Shown here in pieces: positions 1 through 5,667 of a DNA stretch of 6,571 bases; the stretch's first letter is position 1, and every line of letters starts with the position of its first letter. The DNA comes from an uncultured archaeon (GTDB lineage Archaea > Iainarchaeota > Iainarchaeia > Iainarchaeales > CSSED10-239): assembly GCA_964468895.1 (NCBI GenBank), contig CAYXWT010000041.1:1-6571 (forward strand), read 5' to 3'. The position numbers and the translations under genes were made by a program. Under the pieces are notes generated by a model. The model saw nothing but the letters and a program-made list of their open reading frames with translations. It searched no databases and was not told where the DNA came from.

Positions 1-45
1 AGAATTAAATAATTTTCCATTTTTCCCTTTAATTAAACTAGGCAT
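1..45 (-). CDS. Possible 5' end of another minus-strand gene running off the left edge (15 codons visible: MPSLIKGKNGKLFNS)
   Basis: An ATG at 45..43 lies 9 nt after the GluRS stop (55-57), and the frame stays open to position 1. The spacing fits the tight operon packing of the neighbouring genes. The fragment is too short to identify. Confidence 0.25.
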   Translation of the reverse strand, partial: MPSLIKGKNGKLFNS

Positions 46-54
46 AATTTATCA

Positions 55-1785
55 TTATTTATGAGTATACCAAAAATTATAGATTTTATTTTTATCATCA
101 TCTTCGCTAATAGAATCTAATCTACAAAAAGCAAATCTTTCAAATTGAATAACATCTCCAATTTTTAAAACATCTATAATTTTTTCTGCTTTTGCTTCTA
201 ATTTAGTATGATCTGGTTTTAATATAGTAATATTAACTAATTGATTATTATCTTTTGGTAAAAAATGTATTATTTTTTTAGAATCTTTACAGCTTTTATA
301 ATTTATATAATCTTGTGAATGAAATTTATAACTTTTATTATTATCATCAATATTAACAGTAAAATTAATATTATCCATTAATCTAACTAAAGTATTATTT
401 TCAAAACAATCTACATCTTCTTTTTCTAAATAATAAGTTCCATTAGATATAAAGTTTCTTACACCTAAATCTAACATTGGGTGCATATTCAAATAATAAT
501 TTCTTTTAGGATCATCTTCAACTGTTATTTCTACTGGATCAATTATACAAAAAAACCTTTTTGCTTCATCATTAAGTACTTTTCTATTATATTTGTATAA
601 TGTATCCCAAGTTAAAGTTGCTCCAGCAGATTTAGTAATACCAGATTCAATAACTAAATTTTTAATAGCTTTAGGAGAAAAACCTCTTCTTCTAAGAGCT
701 GCAAGTGTTGGTAAAGAAGGATCATCCCAACCCATCAATTCACCACTTTCTACTTTTGCTCTAATTGCTCTACCACTTGAAATCATACCTTCTAAATTAA
801 ATCTAGAAAATTCATAAGTAGTAGTATCATACAAACCAAATATTTTTCTGATATAATGATGAAGTTCAGCAGCCATTTCAAACTCAATAGTTCTTAATCT
901 ATGAGTAATATTAAAATAACCATCCATTATTGCATTTTGAAAATCATACATAGGATATATTCTATATTTATAACCTAATCTAGAATGTTCTTGTTCTAAA
1001 ATTCTAAATATTCCTGGATCTCTCATTCTATAATTTTTATGTTTCATATCTATTTTTAATCTAAGTAAAGCTTTACCTGCTGGTAAATCTCTCTTCATAT
1101 CATACCAATATTTTAAGTTTTCTTGAACAGATCTATTTCTACAAGAACAAACATCTCCAGTTCTTCTATTCTTACTAATCTCTTCAGAACTACAAACGCA
1201 AACATAAGCTTGATTTTTTTTAATTAATTGTTCAGCATAATCAATAAAAATATCCATATAATCGCAAGCATACTGTATTTTATCCCATTTAACCCCAAGC
1301 CAAGAAATATCATCTTGCATAACTTGATAGTATTCTGGTTTTACATTATTAGGATTTGTATCTTCAAATCTTAAGTAAAACTTACCATTATATTGTTTTG
1401 CTAAAATATAATTTAATAAAATTGCTTTAGCATGACCTATATGATAATGTTTTTCTGGTGAAGGTGGAAAAGCAGTAATTACATTTTCTTGTTCTTCTAT
1501 ATGTAAAAATGAAAAAATATTTCTTTCTTTTTTAGGTTCTTTCTTTTTTGTAAAAAAAGATGGATTTATTTCTTTTAGTAATTCTTCTTGTTTATTTAAT
1601 TCTAAAGAATTTATTTCTTCAGTAATTTTATTTATAATAGGCATAATTTCTGAAGTTTTAGATCTATATTCTTTATTATTAGATAATAATTGACCTAATA
1701 CAAATTTACTATTAGCTTTTCCTTTATATTTAAGTGCATTTTCTAAAGCAAATTGCTTAATTTGCAATTCTATATTTTCGCTCAT
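55..1785 (-). CDS. gltX: Glutamyl-tRNA synthetase, archaeal/eukaryotic GlxRS type (probably non-discriminating GluRS)
   Basis: 576-aa ORF with ATG at 1785..1783 and TAA at 57..55. It has the class I HIGH signature HYHIGHAKA (HIGH codons at 1432-1443), followed by the FEDTNP block and a WDDPSLPTLAALRRRG block. A helical N-terminal extension (ALENALKYKGKAN) and the overall length are typical of archaeal GluRS. A CxC-x14-CxC cluster lies at 1141-1200. Confidence 0.93.
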   Translation of the reverse strand: MSENIELQIKQFALENALKYKGKANSKFVLGQLLSNNKEYRSKTSEIMPIINKITEEINSLELNKQEELLKEINPSFFTKKKEPKKERNIFSFLHIEEQENVITAFPPSPEKHYHIGHAKAILLNYILAKQYNGKFYLRFEDTNPNNVKPEYYQVMQDDISWLGVKWDKIQYACDYMDIFIDYAEQLIKKNQAYVCVCSSEEISKNRRTGDVCSCRNRSVQENLKYWYDMKRDLPAGKALLRLKIDMKHKNYRMRDPGIFRILEQEHSRLGYKYRIYPMYDFQNAIMDGYFNITHRLRTIEFEMAAELHHYIRKIFGLYDTTTYEFSRFNLEGMISSGRAIRAKVESGELMGWDDPSLPTLAALRRRGFSPKAIKNLVIESGITKSAGATLTWDTLYKYNRKVLNDEAKRFFCIIDPVEITVEDDPKRNYYLNMHPMLDLGVRNFISNGTYYLEKEDVDCFENNTLVRLMDNINFTVNIDDNNKSYKFHSQDYINYKSCKDSKKIIHFLPKDNNQLVNITILKPDHTKLEAKAEKIIDVLKIGDVIQFERFAFCRLDSISEDDDKNKIYNFWYTHK

Positions 1786-1793
1786 AATTAATC

Positions 1794-2726
1794 TTAAGTT
1801 TTATTTTTTTTTGGTTTAAGAAATTCTAATTTTTTAAATAAATTTATTCTGTCTATAGAACTTAATTTTTTTAAATAGTTTTCATGATATTTAAATGCAT
1901 CTTCTACAAATAATTGAAAAGATCCATATTCACTTATTGTTTCAATTATTCTTGTAGAAATTTTATCAACAAGTGTATTTCTACGATTAATTTTATTAGA
2001 AATAATTGTAACAATATTTTCAGTTCTAGGTGTACCCTCATATTTCTCTATTTGTCTTTTAATAGTTTTACTATTTCTAACACTTTCAGAGTTTAAGAGA
2101 TTTATTTTTTTAAAATCTACTAATAATCCTTTATATAATGGCAATAAATTTTTAGAATCACCATGCTTTTTTAAAAATGTTATTTTTTCTTGCATACAAA
2201 ACAAAACAAATTCACCATGATCAATTTTAAGTATATTCTTAAAATTTAACTTAGTATACTCTAAAGAGGGTTTTTTTTGTAATATCTTTAAAGGTATTAA
2301 TTTTAATGATTTTAAAATTTCCCTTTCAATAATATCACTTTCTTGTTTTAATAATGTATGTTTTTTCATTAATTTTTCTAATTCTAGTGCTTTTTTTCCA
2401 GGAATATTAATAGATTTAGATAAATTAAATAAATTTTTTTTAAAATCTTGCAATTTAGTAATATTTTCAATTATTGTATTTAAAGAATTGTTTGGTTCAC
2501 CTATAGCTTTACACTTTAGTTTATAATTATGAACATTAAGATTATGTTTTAGACAAGCCAAATTTTCAAAATTCATTAATTCTTTTGCAAGACTTTCTTT
2601 ATATTCTCTAAATAACTTTTGACGTCTGTTACTTTCTAACTTTTTAATATCTTTCTTTTTGGGTTTTACAGAAACACTTTTTTTTCTAGCAGGACTCAAA
2701 ATAAACCACCTTCTTTTGGAGTTCAA
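1794..2726 (-). CDS. Hypothetical lysine-rich, predicted mostly helical protein (about 300-310 aa) with basic N- and C-terminal tails; no recognisable domain
   Basis: This long open frame is wedged between TyrRS (16 nt upstream) and GluRS (8 nt downstream) on the same strand. There is no ATG until codon 51 (2576..2574). The track start is TTG at 2726. A second in-frame TTG at 2699 has GGTGG (2706-2710) 6 nt upstream. I found no P-loop, metal-cluster, HEPN, nucleotidyltransferase or SAM motifs. Confidence 0.65.
   Translation of the reverse strand: MNSKRRWFILSPARKKSVSVKPKKKDIKKLESNRRQKLFREYKESLAKELMNFENLACLKHNLNVHNYKLKCKAIGEPNNSLNTIIENITKLQDFKKNLFNLSKSINIPGKKALELEKLMKKHTLLKQESDIIEREILKSLKLIPLKILQKKPSLEYTKLNFKNILKIDHGEFVLFCMQEKITFLKKHGDSKNLLPLYKGLLVDFKKINLLNSESVRNSKTIKRQIEKYEGTPRTENIVTIISNKINRRNTLVDKISTRIIETISEYGSFQLFVEDAFKYHENYLKKLSSIDRINLFKKLEFLKPKKNKT
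2706..2710 (-). promoter_or_regulatory. Shine-Dalgarno-like GGTGG preceding an in-frame TTG (2699..2697) of the 310-aa ORF
   Basis: The minus strand reads AAGGTGGTTTATTTTG. GGTGG sits 6 nt upstream of the TTG codon for residue 10 of the track ORF. Confidence 0.3.
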
Positions 2727-2742
2727 TTATATTTAAATTAAT

Positions 2743-3762
2743 TTAAGAATATGCATCTTTAATTAATTGCTCTTTATCTTTAAATTTATCTCTTATAGGA
2801 ATTAATAATTTATCAACTTCTAAAGCAAGTGCATTTTTTAGATCTAATGGATGTAATTCTTTAGAACTAAAAGCTTCTTCTAATTGTTTTGCATTTTTAA
2901 ATCTTAAAGTACCACCAAACTTTTCTGGTCTTTCTATTACAAATTCTTCATTATTATCTTCTTTAATTGTCATAACAATAATTTTAGCAAAATCAACCAC
3001 ACCATTTTCTATATCTCCTTCTAAACAATATGCACCTTTTAATTTCTTTTTAATAACTTCTAATGTATCTAATAAATCAATTTTAGAATTATCTATAGAA
3101 CTAGACATCTTACCATCTTGAGTTAAACCTCTAATAAAAGGAGTCATAATTTCTACATTTCTTTTATGTCCAATTTTAGGTAAAAACTCTCTAGCTAGCA
3201 CTAATATCTTTCTTTGATCCTTTGCACCTAACTGAATATCAACATCTAAATAAACTTCATCAAGTGCTTGCATTAAAGGGTATATTAAACCTGATAATTT
3301 AGGATTATCACCCATTTTTACAACATCACTAGCAGCTTTAGTTGCGTTTCTAACAGTAACAAAACTAGATAATTTATATAAATCTAACATATACTCTTTA
3401 CTTAACTGTATATCTGAACCTTTTACAAATTCTATATTATCTAAATTAAGACCTAGTGATTCTATCATTCCAGACACTACTAAAACATAATACTCATATC
3501 TTTTCTCAAGTAATTCCCATGGACAGTTATCTAAAGCACCATGTAAGTCAGCTAACAATATTTTAACTTTAAAACCAGCTTTTAAAAAATCAGCTAATTT
3601 TTGTACCCATGTAAAATATCCTATATGTGGTCTTCCTGTTATAGAAGTTCCAAGATATACTGTTGGATTTTCTTTATTTTTTAATAATTCAACTAATTCT
3701 ACTTCACTTATAATTTCTTGTGTATTTCTTTTAATTAATTTTAATTTATCTTCTAAATTCAT
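2743..3762 (-). CDS. tyrS: Tyrosyl-tRNA synthetase, short archaeal type
   Basis: From memory, it is colinear with Methanocaldococcus jannaschii TyrRS. Shared blocks include IKRNTQEIISEVEL, the HIGH variant HIGY (3616-3627), ILLADLHGA, DQRKILVLAREFLP, KMSSS (3097-3111), RPEKFGG and ELHPLDLKNA. There is no bacterial C-terminal S4-like domain. The track ORF starts at GTG 3774, overlapping the upstream stop as GTGA. The first ATG, at 3762, gives an N-terminus matching other archaeal TyrRS and is preferred here. The stop is TAA at 2743-2745. Confidence 0.93.
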   Translation of the reverse strand: MNLEDKLKLIKRNTQEIISEVELVELLKNKENPTVYLGTSITGRPHIGYFTWVQKLADFLKAGFKVKILLADLHGALDNCPWELLEKRYEYYVLVVSGMIESLGLNLDNIEFVKGSDIQLSKEYMLDLYKLSSFVTVRNATKAASDVVKMGDNPKLSGLIYPLMQALDEVYLDVDIQLGAKDQRKILVLAREFLPKIGHKRNVEIMTPFIRGLTQDGKMSSSIDNSKIDLLDTLEVIKKKLKGAYCLEGDIENGVVDFAKIIVMTIKEDNNEEFVIERPEKFGGTLRFKNAKQLEEAFSSKELHPLDLKNALALEVDKLLIPIRDKFKDKEQLIKDAYS

Positions 3763-3770
3763 ATTTTTAT

Positions 3771-4052
3771 TCACATCCTTAATTTTTCTTCTAAATTTAC
3801 TTTTTCTGCAATAAGTTTAATTATTGCTAATAAATACAAAACCAATAATACTTTTAATATAAATATTAAAAGAATTAATAATGTAAAATTTGGTATTAAT
3901 TGTATAATAATAGTATAAAATATCATAATTATTATTACATAAAAGGTTATTGCTGAAATTGAATGTTTCTGATAATATTTCTTAGTAAATATCTCTAAAA
4001 ACCATTTCAAAAAATTTAATAAAGATAATTTATTATTTTTAGTTTTATACAT
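3771..4052 (-). CDS. Small hydrophobic protein (93 aa, about 2 TM); possibly a degenerate, truncated member of the adjacent membrane-protein family
   Basis: It starts with the same junction, TTATAA-ATG-TAT-AAA (MYK), and sits behind the same duplicated promoter block as the 157-aa paralog. There is weak similarity: QKHSISAITFYVIII versus QNKHISLYIIGLIIL. The TGA stop at 3771-3773 abuts or overlaps the TyrRS start. Confidence 0.55.
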   Translation of the reverse strand: MYKTKNNKLSLLNFLKWFLEIFTKKYYQKHSISAITFYVIIIMIFYTIIIQLIPNFTLLILLIFILKVLLVLYLLAIIKLIAEKVNLEEKLRM

Positions 4053-4069
4053 TTATAATCCAAAATATA

Positions 4070-4086
4070 TTTTTATATATATTAAT
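4070..4086 (-). promoter_or_regulatory. Archaeal TATA-box-like element (minus strand TTAATATATATAAAAA) upstream of the 93-aa ORF and aaRS operon
   Basis: It is centred about 25 nt upstream of the ATG at 4052, which implies a leaderless or near-leaderless transcript. The 20-nt block 4070-4089 is identical to 4666-4685. Confidence 0.5.
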
Positions 4087-4144
4087 AAGATAAAAAGATT
4101 TTAAAAATAAAGCTTTTAGAATTATTTTAATAGATTTCAAAAAT

Positions 4145-4152
4145 AAAAAAAA
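4145..4152 (-). terminator. Oligo-T (T8) archaeal-type terminator after the 157-aa gene
   Basis: The A8 run on the plus strand is T8 on the coding strand, about 22 nt past the stop at 4175-4177. The equivalent run is present in the second cassette copy. Confidence 0.45.
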
Positions 4153-4174
4153 TAATCTGAAAATGACATCTAAT

Positions 4175-4648
4175 TTAATGTTTTTTTGACAAATTAATTG
4201 AATCATAAATTATAAATAAAATAAAAGGTGCAATTAAAAAAAGAAAAAACACAATTAAAATTATAAATACAAAAATAAATGTAGATGACAACATTAAAGA
4301 CCAATCACTAGTTAAAAAATTCGTACCAAAAACGATAATAAGTAATGTAACCAATAAAACTAAAATACTTACAATTAAATGTAATAAATGAAAAATTTTG
4401 TTTTTAATAACTTTTGAAATTAATAATCTGAAATATATAAAGTAAAAAATAAATACAATTATAAAAATACAAGCAATAGGTCTAAAATCTATATAAAACT
4501 CATATATTGAAATTAAAAACACACTTACTATAAATAATATTATTAAACCAATAATATAAAGACTTATATACTTATTTTTAAAAACAGGTTTAATAGTAAT
4601 AGATTCTTTTACTATTAATTTTGGTTCAGTACTTTTATTTTTATACAT
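4175..4648 (-). CDS. Polytopic membrane protein (157 aa, 4 predicted TM), uncharacterised family, paralog of the C-terminal half of the 273-aa protein
   Basis: ATG at 4648 and TAA at 4175. It has a Lys-rich N-terminus (PKLIVKESITIK), four long hydrophobic stretches, a conserved basic loop (SKVIKNK) and a C-terminal tail (YDSINLSKK). It has its own TATA-like element and oligo-T run. Confidence 0.75.
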   Translation of the reverse strand: MYKNKSTEPKLIVKESITIKPVFKNKYISLYIIGLIILFIVSVFLISIYEFYIDFRPIACIFIIVFIFYFIYFRLLISKVIKNKIFHLLHLIVSILVLLVTLLIIVFGTNFLTSDWSLMLSSTFIFVFIILIVFFLFLIAPFILFIIYDSINLSKKH

Positions 4649-4665
4649 TTATAATCTAAAATCTG

Positions 4666-4682
4666 TTTTTATATATATTAAT
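4666..4682 (-). promoter_or_regulatory. TATA-box-like element upstream of the 157-aa gene (duplicate of 4070-4086)
   Basis: The sequence is identical to the copy at 4070-4086 and sits at the same distance (about 25 nt) from the ATG at 4648. Confidence 0.5.
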
Positions 4683-4740
4683 AAGATAAAAATATTTTAA
4701 AAACAAAGCTTTTAGACTTATTTTTATATATATTAAAAAT

Positions 4741-4747
4741 AAAAAAA
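4741..4747 (-). terminator. Oligo-T (T7) terminator after the 273-aa gene
   Basis: The A7 run on the plus strand lies about 22 nt past the stop at 4770-4772. It is positionally equivalent to 4145-4152. Confidence 0.4.
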
Positions 4748-4769
4748 TAATCTTAAAACAACATCTAAT

Positions 4770-5591
4770 TTATTGTTTTTTTGATAAATTAATAGAATCA
4801 TAAATTATAAATAAAATATAAGGTGCTATTAAAAAAATCATAAACAAAATCATAATTAGAAGTATTAAACCAATTGAAGATAAAAAAGTTAAGGATAAAT
4901 TACTACCAATTATTGGTTGTAACATAACAAAAAAGATAATAATTACTGTAACCAATAAAACTAAAATACTTACAATTAAATGTAATAAATGAAATGTTTT
5001 ATTTTTAATAACTTTCGAAATTAATAATATGAAATATATAAAGTAAAAAATAAAGGCAATTATAGAAATATAAGTTATAGGTTTAAAATCTCTAGAAAAA
5101 TCATCTATTAAAATTAAAAACACATTTATTATTAACAGTATTATTAAACCAATAATATAAAGACTAATATGCTTATTTTGAAAAACATGTTTAATAGTAA
5201 TAGACTCTTTTACTATTAATTTTGGCTTTTTATTTTCACCTTTATTAGTATCTATAATTAATAAACTTATAAATAATAAAATAAAAGGCAATATAGAACC
5301 AAATTTATACATTATAACAAACTCTGAATATAAATCAAAAAGACCAATTATAAGACAAGTAATAAATATACCTATAAATCCAACAATTGTAGAAATAATC
5401 TTTAAAGTTTTATTATCCTTACTAATAAAAGTACTATAAAATAGAATTATAGGAAAAATAAAAAGTATTTGAAATAAAACAATATAGTTTGATGTAAATG
5501 CTTTGTCTATTACCAAATGTAATAATATAGCTGATAATATAAAATATAGTATAGATCCTATTCTAATTAAAACACAAGATTTTTTAGACAT
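4770..5591 (-). CDS. Polytopic membrane protein (273 aa, about 8 TM); two 4-TM modules, with the C-terminal module paralogous to the 157-aa protein
   Basis: ATG at 5591 and TAA at 4770. Residues 123-273 align with the whole 157-aa protein. The N-terminal module repeats the TM2-basic loop-TM3 signature (ISKDNKTLKII versus ISKVIKNKTFHLL). An internal M94-Y-K sits on a fossil cassette start junction. Confidence 0.75.
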   Translation of the reverse strand: MSKKSCVLIRIGSILYFILSAILLHLVIDKAFTSNYIVLFQILFIFPIILFYSTFISKDNKTLKIISTIVGFIGIFITCLIIGLFDLYSEFVIMYKFGSILPFILLFISLLIIDTNKGENKKPKLIVKESITIKHVFQNKHISLYIIGLIILLIINVFLILIDDFSRDFKPITYISIIAFIFYFIYFILLISKVIKNKTFHLLHLIVSILVLLVTVIIIFFVMLQPIIGSNLSLTFLSSIGLILLIMILFMIFLIAPYILFIIYDSINLSKKQ

Positions 5592-5620
5592 ATTTAATCA
5601 AATTATTTTTAAAAAAACTT

Positions 5621-5640
5621 TTTATTTAAATTTATTTAAA
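5621..5640 (-). promoter_or_regulatory. Two tandem TTTAAATAAA motifs (TATA-box consensus-like) upstream of the 273-aa gene
   Basis: The minus strand reads TTTAAATAAATTTAAATAAA. The proximal TTTAAATA ends 31 nt upstream of the ATG at 5591, which is compatible with a short leader. Confidence 0.4.
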
Positions 5641-5654
5641 AAAAATGAAAAAAT

Positions 5655-5662
5655 AAAAAAAA
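5655..5662 (-). terminator. Oligo-T (T8) run directly after the DUF4349-like gene; a second T8 lies at 5638-5645
   Basis: The A8 run on the plus strand lies 5 nt past the stop at 5668-5670. Archaeal termination commonly uses such T-tracts. Confidence 0.4.
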
Positions 5663-5667
5663 TTAAT

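Larger units (their letters stand above)
4053..4648 (-). repeat. Tandem cassette copy 1 (intergenic promoter/terminator region plus the 157-aa ORF)
   Basis: It aligns with 4649-5225 at an offset of 595-601 nt. Intergenic parts are roughly 85-90 percent identical by manual alignment. Coding blocks show about 8 mismatches in about 120 nt (4347-4468 versus 4948-5069). Confidence 0.85.
4649..5225 (-). repeat. Tandem cassette copy 2 (intergenic region plus the 3' two-thirds of the 273-aa ORF)
   Basis: See copy 1. Strong similarity ends at the PKLIV codons (5225). After a 63-nt extra segment, the start-junction homology resumes at 5305-5326. Confidence 0.85.

Noticed and set aside
593-817. 74-aa plus-strand ORF
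   Set aside because: It lies entirely antisense to the conserved core of the GluRS gene. It has no start context or recognisable features. Long antisense frames are expected by chance opposite real genes.
1914-2096. 60-aa plus-strand ORF
   Set aside because: It is antisense within the 310-aa ORF of a tightly packed minus-strand operon. Its composition is Cys/Asn/Ile-rich and low-complexity, with no signals. It is most likely spurious.
3771-3773. Whether the single TGA stop (all other stops are TAA) indicates TGA recoding
   Set aside because: Both synthetases and the other ORFs are full-length under the standard code. Trp is encoded by TGG where checked. Nothing requires reassignment, and the TGA simply forms the GTGA junction with the next gene.
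4053-5225. Whether the repeats are a CRISPR array or a diversity-generating retroelement TR/VR pair
   Set aside because: There are only two units of about 600 nt, each containing a full ORF, rather than short repeats with spacers. There is no reverse transcriptase in the window. Mismatches in the moderately diverged block are a mix of transitions and transversions at all bases, not confined to adenine positions. The most divergent block is unalignable and includes an indel, unlike DGR mutagenesis.
3771-5667. Whether the duplicated region is a mobile element or insertion sequence
   Set aside because: I saw no transposase, integrase or recombinase ORF, no terminal inverted repeats and no target-site duplication. 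The repeats are head-to-tail copies of a cellular-looking gene cassette.
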